IMG/VR virus record: IMGVR_UViG_3300026382_000001
DNA length: 64,000 nucleotides
Direction: 5' to 3' (one strand)
Origin: a virus
Lineage: Duplodnaviria; Heunggongvirae; Uroviricota; Caudoviricetes
In this document: piece after piece, positions 57,001-64,000 of the stretch
Layout of the letters: each line of letters begins with the position of its first letter
Numbering within the stretch: the stretch's first letter is position 1
Translations under genes and position numbers: made by a program
Notes under the pieces: generated by a model
Seen by the model: only the letters and a program-made list of their open reading frames with translations
Databases searched by the model: none
Told to the model about the DNA's origin: nothing

Positions 57001-58372
57001 GAACAAGATTTTCATAATTACTAGTATTTGCATCTACTGCCGTATCAATTCTAGAAAGTAAATCATTTTTAAGCGAATCCATTTTAGAAGAATTAGTATT
57101 AATTTGTCCATAAATATCAACAAATTTATTAACATTTTCTAAATTCTTAGTTTCCATTTCTAGAATAGCATCTTCTATTCTTGTATCAAGAGCTTCAAAA
57201 TTACTAGAGTAATCAATAGCTTCCAAATCCTTAGTAAATTGATTAACAAAATTATTAATTTTAATTTCTAATACATTATTACTATCAACTCTATTTTTAG
57301 ATTCAATTTCAACCATATTAAAAGTTTTAATATAATTATCATTTACTAATTTAATTACATCCGCGAATTTACTTTTAATTTCCTGCTCTTTAATATTAAA
57401 GATACTAATAAAATCATCTAAGTCTGTTCTAAGACCTTGAAGAGTTTCAGAAACCCGAAATTCAATTTTAGAAAGATCATTATTAAGATTTTTAACATCT
57501 AACTTACGTTCAGTTAATTCATCAATAATTTTTTCTTCATTTGCTTTAATTAATGCTTGGATAGCTTCCAATTGAATATCAATATTTATATTTAATTTAG
57601 CAAAGTAATTACTAAGAGTAGTTACACTATCAGCAGTTTTCTTATTTTCAATACTTAAAGAATTGATAATATTTAAATTTTCATCCGTTCCAAGATTAGT
57701 AATTTCAGATATAATATTTAATTTAGTATCCAGTTCGGCTCTATTAAGTACCAAATAAGATAATTTAGTTTCTTGTAATAAAAGATCTGATTTAATATCA
57801 GTAATAATATTAAGCAATTGTGTAAAAGTGCTATTAATTTTAATTTCGGAAGCAGTTTTTAAATTACTAATATTAGTCTCTACTGCACTAGTACTTGCTT
57901 TAGTATTTACTCGAGTTTGTAAATCAGAATTTACATTTTCTATTTTGGAATCGAGTAATTGGATATTACTATCAGCTAACTTTCTATCATTTTCAATAGT
58001 TACTCTAAGATCGTTTTGATCATTTTCAATAAGAGCTTTATTAATTATATTAATACTATTTTGAATATTTGCTAAAGTAGTGTCAAATTTTGTACTAGTT
58101 TCCTGTAAAAGAAAACTTTGATTTTGAGTTTCATTTTCTAAAAACGAAATTTTAGTTTGAGCATTATTTACAGAAGTAATACAATCGTCACCGCATGGGT
58201 TACACTCATGGGTATTTTTTATTTGATATTCCTCTCGTTCTGGTACCCATTCTGGTACCCATTCTGGTACCCGTTCTGGTGCTCGTTCTACGGTTTGAAC
58301 TCCAGATTTACCAAAAGTTTGAATATTACTTGTTTTATATGTTTTTATTTCCGACATAGCAAAATTATGCAT
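51071..58372 (-). CDS. giant (2433 aa) coiled-coil fibre/structural protein
   Basis: An uninterrupted 7.3-kb ORF with N/I/L/D/T/E-rich heptad-like composition. It has an N-terminal PERVPEWVPEWVPER repeat and CNPCGDDC, plus periodic DGS..D..SF.EIVD.IN motifs shared with the 1428-aa protein. Confidence 0.5.
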   Translation of the reverse strand: MHNFAMSEIKTYKTSNIQTFGKSGVQTVERAPERVPEWVPEWVPEREEYQIKNTHECNPCGDDCITSVNNAQTKISFLENETQNQSFLLQETSTKFDTTLANIQNSINIINKALIENDQNDLRVTIENDRKLADSNIQLLDSKIENVNSDLQTRVNTKASTSAVETNISNLKTASEIKINSTFTQLLNIITDIKSDLLLQETKLSYLVLNRAELDTKLNIISEITNLGTDENLNIINSLSIENKKTADSVTTLSNYFAKLNINIDIQLEAIQALIKANEEKIIDELTERKLDVKNLNNDLSKIEFRVSETLQGLRTDLDDFISIFNIKEQEIKSKFADVIKLVNDNYIKTFNMVEIESKNRVDSNNVLEIKINNFVNQFTKDLEAIDYSSNFEALDTRIEDAILEMETKNLENVNKFVDIYGQINTNSSKMDSLKNDLLSRIDTAVDANTSNYENLVQSFDERTGDMNKKLFGINKSISQIETRIINLEASTETDSTTITSESIQDQITVLQTSITNNINTINTLNSLMLDTKANILKDINDKNLVISNQVQDAVTTAESALNLSQINISNLESYVQRLENEILAITAGANTEVTNLENLNTIITNNFNSLNSGLTDLDTQLKIGCNALDLRVTLLEGGLTEVKNTISLNDTNLRTLINNLNKDFLEMDEIKTSKINLIENKVDTNYGLIIDNALKASTELKVLTEELRNKDNELQINLETATNTLTQDINANTALINTIKDTFDSVQTELNANINEEVQARSLAIKNLDDKLVQEIDTRIAQAKDLQNQITIQADKLSAVLDGSTEAFDSLKEILDYVNQLSGEKENMFTDLIQDIKDFKITILDAVNKESEFRLEADDILTESIQTEAQLRIESIEKVTALITQEVKDRLNAIQEINTNIENQKIIFNDLLKIQENRLETLTETVQTNLDTVIELIDNTNLKIDNKVTELLNLIAESKAELQINIDNTMDYVKAFEATNASEHDSMIQDISSINNIIDQFFGNYPKDSNTLDVIYSKIQDGDNELSQKITDSIIKAENDNNTLASAIKVTTDELSQRIANDVSNLETEVQNRISQDKILDGKIVENVNTIQQLDSDVNARIDSEIVDRENGDALLNNKLSNEINTRTTQVNNLQNELNDLEASTELQKEKFTKTISDLSTKQEDEYRSNLTLITNETTDRKAQDSILETIINDEINRSVTKDIELEALANKNANDISKIMADSDASLDSFKEVRDAMIQTDAKFTNRINTVEATFKESDANINARIDKEISDRIEDTDGIKIILNQEIQDRTNSVNDLSKVVSDNEIKQNTWNTNTTNTINTEIQTRINDIKEVRTALSQETSTRATADQDLRNALNLETNERLQADSDLSERITTNYNMTVNFTKNLDTERTERTSEDAKLQVQVDSLTQTVNTIFDGSTDDLNSFREIVDLINSTDFSNDTNLLNFSKTVYDNIDELHTLISNEMNARAGEDNLIRIQLNNEIRERIADFKGLVQDFETNKVQVAQENSNFKEVVIDTINDNNTQTGLIIKSLNDDFANIRTLIEAVNTDLLTEVKDRKYYINNLRTDFDAIMVSVEEKYAICNKNIQEAVYKIENMNNDSEVIIQDAIVDQNAKIDTINLKINDTSTKINNNINEVKGLINQEVIDRQVQDENLQNEINLLETKVDNNDDATNTRIDNLNSRVESILDGSLVDTEEFQKIVDVLNSIDPNTDIIRNIKDDINFKISQVNADMDLNKDYIEEEILNIKQEALGLITSMTEDYTNKFNDLKNTLLASIQNSEFNTNLEIDTLTSKLENELTARQGFYDSIKNYIDSSLQSEKTFRVTEDNNLNLKLIRETEARQNDILDLRKELQNNIDLNASVVLDKLLTLNNALNKEITNRTFVTDSMLNTINTFINTNTDEINTFTKNINNRVTTFQEILGDGVTDYDNLSAAVQASLNRLLDIQQDVYNEIKNDIENGNITGISYNGSTDGNGINLDAFDTQSLLNTIDSRISTVVLQESNRAQTKELDLEAKIIQLRSDNDLGLEENTKLVKDITNDIIDMVNTKIGDFKNIVDTLDLKLKDTNYQLSKEVEVRTVEFAKLESSVTMNANDIDNTTSKLNELIITSNNQTADILASTTEIVNDKTSTLEQEFANLSQDLTDKSVIIDTKVQDFQNMLLSLNNDEENLQTQVQDLRLIVEDILKDSSVDLNSVEEVVAYINQADSDLLKIQNNIIAGTGLNNLGEFVTMLNAHYLSTNNTVYSCLDRLDEVVYANNEDRIRDIEKLTNDLNIEIQKRIDDVKALNLKIDTVQKLLQDQISQNRSDIDTNTKDIKDLTEVVNDEIQDRILNDNQMRVSIGLEDNNDLIITGSNYIDNMSVKNSLITLDTTLSDNTRDLQTQIGDLDDLDTENKDDLVQAINETLYKATHPKFGSADEFDDAFILQNL
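58236..58290 (-). repeat. tandem 12-nt repeats (TTCTGGTACCCA-like x4) encoding a (P)EWVPE peptide repeat at the N-terminus of the giant protein
   Basis: Read from the sequence: ttctggtacccattctggtacccattctggtacccgttctggtgctcgttc. Confidence 0.7.
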
Positions 58373-58412
58373 ATTAGGTCCTTATTTTTAATTATTTATT
58401 TGTTGAATCATT

Positions 58413-60872
58413 TTAAAACGTTAGATTAATGTTTATATTCTCTAGGTCAAATTGAAAGAAAGGTGGACAAAAATCCAATAAATCCTCAAAAGTCATCTGT
58501 TCCTTAATATTGTAGTATATAGTATCAGAATCATTTATAATAAATACAGATGGTTCAAGTACTTCAACATTTTTAATATAAGCATAATCGGAATCTAAAT
58601 TATATTTAGAATATATGATATTCTCTAATTCCGATTCAAAGTATCTCATTTGAAATCCTCTTTTTTCTTTAAAGAAATTAATAATATCTATTTCAAGACT
58701 TAGATTTAATTCCGATAAAGTTTTAAAAGTAGTACTTATATCGAAATAGTTTTTATCTACATAAATATTTAAAGTAATTTTTTTATTAAGACTTAAGTCA
58801 ATATTATTATTCTTTTTATATACTGGAATATTATATTTTGGATCCAAAAATAATGTATTATAAAAACATTGAAAAATTCTAGTATTAAAATTTACCAAAT
58901 CTTTTGTATCCTGTACTTTAAAGAAATCGTTTAAAATATTATATTGTGTTTGAAATTCTAAATCATTAAACGCAGTTTCTATAAATGGAAGTTTTAATAA
59001 GATACTTGTTTCTTCATTTGAATATGGGTGTAATATTTCATTTGCTTTTACTAATATATTTCTTAATTCATTATCTAAATAACCTAAAGAAATATCGGAT
59101 AAATCTACAATTTCTGGAATATAATTTTCCGAATTATGTTGATAATATTTAAAAGCAATTTGTTTAGAAATTAATTGATAAACTTCTTCTGTACAATAAA
59201 ATTTATCAAGTACGGTATTATTACTATCCTGTACTTCTAATTTTATTTCTTGAATAGGTTCTTTAATAATACAAAAATCATCCGTAAAAAGAGTATTAAC
59301 TTCCCAAGTAAAATTATTAGCATAATCCAAAGTAAATGTAAAATTATCTGTTTGGAAATGATAACTTTTATCACTTACAGCACCTTGATCCAAAATAAAA
59401 TAACTTTTATTTGTATTAAAATCGTAATTTAATGAAAACACAATTTCGCTATTAATAGTATTAGCTAAATCTGGAACTAAGTTAATATATATTTTAGGAT
59501 TAACTATATACATTTCCGTTTCGTTCGAACTTAGGTACTTATAATAAAATGGACTAATCATCTCTTTACCATTTATATTTATACGGGGATAAAATGGATT
59601 TGTACTGATTATACTTTCTTCGATATTTTGAGAATAGGTATCTAGTACTACACTATTATTTTGTATTTTAGTTTCTAAAGTATTATAAATATATACAAAG
59701 TTCTGACCATTTAAAAATTTATTATCTATAAATGGACGTATACCATTCTCTTTAAAAAATATTTCAAAATCGTTCACAGAAGTTAAACTTTTTCTATATG
59801 ATATTTTATTAAATATATCTTGTTTGATTTCATCTATATTTTGAATATTTTTTCCATCTGATCCACCATCGATACTAACACCATTTAAAGAATATTTTGT
59901 TAATTCGAATAACCCATTCTTATTTTCTATTTTAGTCTCAACATCTGTTAAAATAAAAGAAAGATTATTAAAATTTCCTTCAATTCCTAAGGTTTCATCT
60001 ATACATAAAATTATTTCATCATTTGTATTTAAATATTTACCTACTCTACCATCCCCGGTTTCAAAGGAAACACTATTTTCAAATATAGTTAGAAATAAAT
60101 CTAAACTTAATCTATTACTTTTAAATTTAAAAAATTTATTTGTGAATTCGTCTATTCCGAAAGCCGTAGATACCTCATTAGGTTCATATTTTTCTAATAA
60201 ATCCATTGGAATTTTTTCTTTGGTTGCATGATTATACCAAGAACGTATTTCTTTAATATTTTTGTAATTATCTACATTCATATTGAATTTAAAAGTTTCA
60301 CCGATGTTATAACTTGGAACGATTATTTTTTTATATGTTCTTTTCATTTGTAATACATTATCATAATGTATTAAGTAAATATTTTTTCCTGGTTTAGTAG
60401 GATCTGGCGCTAATGTAACTAACAATTGAATTTTAGAAGTATCTGTATATTTAAAAGCGGTTACTTGATTAGTACTTTGTATAATTTCTATTTTATCCAT
60501 AATCATAAAATTTATATTATTTTCATCTACAAATTCAAAATTCTTTGGAATATTATATATCATATTTTTAACGTTTGTTATAACTATTTCTGGAACAATA
60601 ATACTTATATTAAATTTTGCTGGTTTGGCAAAATTTAATTGAGTATCGTATATACTACTGTGAAATAGCATACTATTAAAATCTCTAGCTAAACTAGGAT
60701 TCATTTCTCTAAATAAAGTACTATAATAATTAGCCATATCGTATTTAATATTTGCTAAATAATTTGTAATTACTCCAAGTACTCCCGATTTTAATAAAAC
60801 TGGATTAGTAATATTTAATTCATCTTGAACCATATTGCGGAATTCAGTCTGTGTAATCTCTATTGATTGCAT
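58413..60872 (-). CDS. large structural protein (819 aa), possibly a baseplate or fibre-attachment component
   Basis: Its position is upstream (in the direction of transcription) of the fibre genes. No motif was recognised. Confidence 0.35.
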   Translation of the reverse strand: MQSIEITQTEFRNMVQDELNITNPVLLKSGVLGVITNYLANIKYDMANYYSTLFREMNPSLARDFNSMLFHSSIYDTQLNFAKPAKFNISIIVPEIVITNVKNMIYNIPKNFEFVDENNINFMIMDKIEIIQSTNQVTAFKYTDTSKIQLLVTLAPDPTKPGKNIYLIHYDNVLQMKRTYKKIIVPSYNIGETFKFNMNVDNYKNIKEIRSWYNHATKEKIPMDLLEKYEPNEVSTAFGIDEFTNKFFKFKSNRLSLDLFLTIFENSVSFETGDGRVGKYLNTNDEIILCIDETLGIEGNFNNLSFILTDVETKIENKNGLFELTKYSLNGVSIDGGSDGKNIQNIDEIKQDIFNKISYRKSLTSVNDFEIFFKENGIRPFIDNKFLNGQNFVYIYNTLETKIQNNSVVLDTYSQNIEESIISTNPFYPRININGKEMISPFYYKYLSSNETEMYIVNPKIYINLVPDLANTINSEIVFSLNYDFNTNKSYFILDQGAVSDKSYHFQTDNFTFTLDYANNFTWEVNTLFTDDFCIIKEPIQEIKLEVQDSNNTVLDKFYCTEEVYQLISKQIAFKYYQHNSENYIPEIVDLSDISLGYLDNELRNILVKANEILHPYSNEETSILLKLPFIETAFNDLEFQTQYNILNDFFKVQDTKDLVNFNTRIFQCFYNTLFLDPKYNIPVYKKNNNIDLSLNKKITLNIYVDKNYFDISTTFKTLSELNLSLEIDIINFFKEKRGFQMRYFESELENIIYSKYNLDSDYAYIKNVEVLEPSVFIINDSDTIYYNIKEQMTFEDLLDFCPPFFQFDLENININLTF

Positions 60873-60885
60873 TTATATCCTTTAA

Positions 60886-61854
60886 TTATATTTTGTGAAT
60901 GTTTTTATTTTCTGCTCCAGAATAAGATAAAAAATTAAAGAATTTTTTACTTAATGTTGTATTTGTATCTTTATCATCAGTATTATTCTTTTGTAATTTA
61001 TCCCAACCATCTATAAACGTATATTGCATATCCATAAATTTAAAATTTAAATTATATGTTACTGCTTTTGGGGAACCTCTATCGCCAATAAGATTTTTAA
61101 ATGGCATATTCATTGGCATTACTCCAAACAGTGCTATAATCCCTCTAAGATCAACTCCTTTAGAATCCAATAATGCTATCCAAATAGTATTATTATATAA
61201 ATTATCTATTAAATAATCTTCGGTTTCTAATTTTCCTAAAAATTTTTGTACCGTTGAGGAAGAACTATCTAAAAATAACCCTTCTCTTATTAAATCTATA
61301 CTTTTATTCCAGGCTTCCATATATTTAAAAACCCCTAGTTCCTTATTATCTATAAAAGACATACTAAAATCAGAACCAACATAATCTCGTGTATTTACAA
61401 ATGAATTTTTTTGTCTTGTACTAATTGCCATATATTCTTTATTTGGTTCTGGTAATTGTATATCCGTAATAGTTTGGCTAAATTTTAAAAAGTTCTGAAA
61501 TTTAGTTCCATACATATCATAATTTTTTAAATTTATATCGGATTTATTATTATTCATTATACTAATATAATCTTTTATCGTTTTTAGAGCGCTTGCTTCT
61601 GTATCAGATATGTTATCAATTTTACTCATATAATCTTTTAATATTTGCCACCAAGTCCCATGCTGTATAAATACTGCGTAATTTCCATTGATGAATGGAC
61701 TAAATTCTGAATAGTCTAAACCAAATGTTTTAGTAAGATTAGTTAAAAATGTTATAAGTTCTTCATCTTGTAATCCATAGCCACCGATATCTTTATCCGC
61801 TCGTAATTGACTTTCTACGTGTTGTTCCATAATATTTTTAAATGAAAAAGCCAT
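60886..61854 (-). CDS. hypothetical protein (322 aa), probably structural
   Basis: Assigned by position within the late module. Confidence 0.3.
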   Translation of the reverse strand: MAFSFKNIMEQHVESQLRADKDIGGYGLQDEELITFLTNLTKTFGLDYSEFSPFINGNYAVFIQHGTWWQILKDYMSKIDNISDTEASALKTIKDYISIMNNNKSDINLKNYDMYGTKFQNFLKFSQTITDIQLPEPNKEYMAISTRQKNSFVNTRDYVGSDFSMSFIDNKELGVFKYMEAWNKSIDLIREGLFLDSSSSTVQKFLGKLETEDYLIDNLYNNTIWIALLDSKGVDLRGIIALFGVMPMNMPFKNLIGDRGSPKAVTYNLNFKFMDMQYTFIDGWDKLQKNNTDDKDTNTTLSKKFFNFLSYSGAENKNIHKI

Positions 61855-61939
61855 ATTATTTCCTTATTGATCTTACAGACCTTTTTAATTTGTATATTAT
61901 CTTTGTTAATTCATTTTTATTAGTCCTTATTTTTAAAGA

Positions 61940-61975
61940 CAGGAAAACGAAGAGGTTAAACCCTCTTCGTTTTAT
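61940..61975 (-). terminator. bidirectional terminator hairpin CGAAGAGG-TTAAAC-CCTCTTCG flanked by A/T runs, overlapping the stop of the 61956-62948 gene
   Basis: 8-bp GC-containing stem with T-runs on both sides (TTTTATT on the plus strand, TTTTCCTGTCTTT on the minus strand). Confidence 0.55.
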
Positions 61976-62948
61976 TATAACTAGATATATTTTCTAAATG
62001 ATTTAAAGAATTTAAATCATTATTTTTTGGTAAATATTTTTTACCTTTTAAATTATATTGGGCTTGAATAAAATTATCCAAATCTTTTGGAAGACACTCT
62101 CCACCTACCCCAAGTTTTCCATCTTGAGCTATACTAAAAGTATTAAAACTATAAGCATGTTTTTTCTGATATTGATCAAATCTTCTAATATCTGTTTCAA
62201 ATAAATCCGGAATAGTATTTAAAAATAAAAAGTGATTCATAAGTAACATGTTTCTAAAATATTTATATTCCATAACTTCGGTAAAAGTACCAGTACTGTA
62301 ATATTGAATATCATATTTTAAAAATTTATTTAATACTTGGACAACTTTTTCAATGATAATTGGATCTCCACCAAATAATGGAATCTCAGTACTAAAATCT
62401 TTTTCTGCGGTTCTAGCGTTTAAAAATTCAGGCCAAAAGATTAGATTAAAATTCTCTAATTTTAGTCCATATTTTTTAAGAAGTCTTTTTTCTAAAAGTT
62501 TTGGAAGTACCGTACTTTTAATTACTAGTATTCCTTTATAATTAAAATCATGATAAGCTTTAAGTAATTCGACCAAACCTTTTAAAGATTTCTTACTTCC
62601 GAATTTTTTAAAATTATTTTCTTTAGTTACTATATTTTCTTTATCTAATTTATCTGGAAAATAATCAGTGTTAATAGTAATGATATTTAAATCCGTTTCT
62701 AATGTTTCCAAAAAATTATTAAGGTATTGCTTTTCCAATGAATAAATTTTTACATAATCTTTTAAAGTATTTTTTACATTTTTATAAATAGCTTGATTAA
62801 CTATTCCAAAACCAACTAAACCAATTTTGGTTAATTTTGGATTTGATAAGTTTTCTGTTTCTTCAATAACTTTTACTAATTTATCCAAAGGTAATTCCAT
62901 TTCGTAATCTAAATTATTAATTTCTTCTTCCATTTTTTGATAACTCAT
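61956..62948 (-). CDS. nucleotide-sugar (UDP-glucose/GDP-mannose) dehydrogenase-like protein, short form
   Basis: The C-terminus GKLGVGGECLPKDLDNF resembles the catalytic-Cys motif GGxCxxKD of UDP-glucose 6-dehydrogenases. The N-terminus KIGLVGFGIV is Rossmann-like. At 330 aa it is shorter than canonical enzymes. Confidence 0.35.
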   Translation of the reverse strand: MSYQKMEEEINNLDYEMELPLDKLVKVIEETENLSNPKLTKIGLVGFGIVNQAIYKNVKNTLKDYVKIYSLEKQYLNNFLETLETDLNIITINTDYFPDKLDKENIVTKENNFKKFGSKKSLKGLVELLKAYHDFNYKGILVIKSTVLPKLLEKRLLKKYGLKLENFNLIFWPEFLNARTAEKDFSTEIPLFGGDPIIIEKVVQVLNKFLKYDIQYYSTGTFTEVMEYKYFRNMLLMNHFLFLNTIPDLFETDIRRFDQYQKKHAYSFNTFSIAQDGKLGVGGECLPKDLDNFIQAQYNLKGKKYLPKNNDLNSLNHLENISSYNKTKRV

Positions 62949-62957
62949 TTTGGTACC

Positions 62958-63572
62958 TTACAAAATAATATTTACATAATTCATAATTAAATTATGAATT
63001 TCATTTATTTCTAACGTAGCGTCGATTACTAGAATATTGTGTCCGGATTCTTTTAGTTTTTCTATTTCTTGTAAATACTTTTCTCGAACTTCAGTTAACT
63101 TTTCTAAATTTTCATATCTTTCTATATTTGTAAGATCATTTTTATTACGTTTATGAATTCTTTTTAAACTATGAATAGGTCCCATATCTAAAAAAATAGT
63201 AAGATTTGGTTTTATTAATTCCTCGGTATTCATCTGTTTAGAATTATAAACTTTGGAACTTAAAGAATATCTAACACTTATATAATGTTTTTTATCTTCA
63301 TTAATAATTTTATAAATACCATTGGTATTATTCCAAGTTTGATAGATTCTATCAGTATGCATTAAATATGATAAAAATAATTCTTCATTTTGTTGATACA
63401 TACTTGGATTAATTAATTCTTCTCTAATTACTTCTTGTAACTTACCTTTTCTTGTTGGTGCATAACCAAGATAAGAATTTGGTAAAGCTGCTTGTAAAAG
63501 CGCGGCTTGCGTATCTTTCCCACTCGCATCCAGGCCTTCCAGTACTATAAATTTTCCATTTTTTTCTAACAT
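62958..63572 (-). CDS. tmk: thymidylate kinase (dTMP kinase)
   Basis: The N-terminal P-loop FIVLEGLDASGKDTQ matches the Tmk consensus (F.EG.DG.GK.TQ). 204 aa. Confidence 0.6.
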   Translation of the reverse strand: MLEKNGKFIVLEGLDASGKDTQAALLQAALPNSYLGYAPTRKGKLQEVIREELINPSMYQQNEELFLSYLMHTDRIYQTWNNTNGIYKIINEDKKHYISVRYSLSSKVYNSKQMNTEELIKPNLTIFLDMGPIHSLKRIHKRNKNDLTNIERYENLEKLTEVREKYLQEIEKLKESGHNILVIDATLEINEIHNLIMNYVNIIL

Positions 63573-64000
63573 AATTTTTCCTTTAAAATTGTTTTAATAT
63601 TATTTATTTCTTTATATGAAAGTCGAATAAGATTTATATTATTATTTTCGCAGTACTTATTTTTTATAAAATCTCTTTTCTTAGTTTTTTCAAAGGCCTC
63701 TTTACCACCAAAATAACGATAAGCTTTAAAATGTTGTTCTCCGTCATATTCAATGATAGTATTTAAATCTGGTAAATAAAAATCAAAGGGTAATGGTAAA
63801 ATATTTTTACAATCATTAAATTTATATTCTTGTGTAAAATTAATATTATTTTCTTCTAAAAATTTTCTAATAGCTTTTTCACCTTTTGAACTTTTACATA
63901 TTGGACAACCAATACCAGACCAATGTGAACTAGATACCTGCCAAAAACTACCATGCTTTGGGCAAATAATTTCTACTTTTTTATCTTTTCCAAAATATTT
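63566..64000 (-). CDS. homing-endonuclease-like protein (partial; 5' end beyond the window), paralog of the 10650 and 16272 ORFs
   Basis: Reverse-strand translation gives ..KVEIICPKHGSFWQ..HWSGIGCPICKSSKGEKAIRKFLEENNINF..FDFYLPDLNTIIEYDGEQHF..RD.IKNKYC..NNINLIRL..*. Its stop overlaps the tmk start. Confidence 0.55.
   Translation of the reverse strand, partial: KYFGKDKKVEIICPKHGSFWQVSSSHWSGIGCPICKSSKGEKAIRKFLEENNINFTQEYKFNDCKNILPLPFDFYLPDLNTIIEYDGEQHFKAYRYFGGKEAFEKTKKRDFIKNKYCENNNINLIRLSYKEINNIKTILKEKLC

Noticed and set aside
47015-58429. Several plus-strand ORFs (47015, 52611, 53931, 54500, 56316, 57828 and 58157) inside the giant minus-strand genes
   Set aside because: They are low-complexity antisense translations of the repetitive fibre genes (S/L/F/I-rich) and have no RBS. 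They are spurious.
1-64000. CRISPR arrays or integrase/transposase-type mobile elements
   Set aside because: No regularly spaced direct repeats with unique spacers are present, and there are no recombinase or transposase motifs. The only mobile-type genes are HEG-like nucleases.

Overview
This is a very AT-rich (~27% GC), densely packed window that looks like a T4-like (Tevenvirinae-related) jumbo myovirus of a low-GC host. Genes use Shine-Dalgarno sites and overlap at ATGA-type junctions, so translation is prokaryotic. The gene content resembles Campylobacter Eucampyvirinae phages, but that assignment is a guess. The plus-strand block from 1 to 45041 holds early/middle functions. These include 7-deazaguanine (preQ0-type) DNA-modification genes (QueD-like, FolE, QueC), ThyX, and T4-type topoisomerase II subunits interrupted by a homing-endonuclease gene (HEG). 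There is an Mre11-like nuclease and a Rad50-like ATPase whose domains appear to be in permuted order. A family-B DNA polymerase fragment (motifs A and B only) sits between two HEGs. The block also has a full-length ClpB-type disaggregase. An accessory cluster at 27.4-41.9 kb has anti-defence flavour: a DUF2829/Tad2-like sponge, a GGDEF cyclase, a YqeY-like protein, a membrane/SPFH module, two calcineurin-like phosphoesterases (one degenerate), a NADAR domain, an MBL-fold hydrolase and a 2H phosphoesterase. The minus-strand block from 45296 to 64000 is a late structural module. It has two giant coiled-coil fibre proteins (1428 and 2433 aa), other structural proteins, a nucleotide-sugar dehydrogenase-like gene, Tmk and one more HEG. 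A family of AGTTATC/GATAACT palindromes and C(UUCG)G tetraloop hairpins marks the boundaries of gene blocks.
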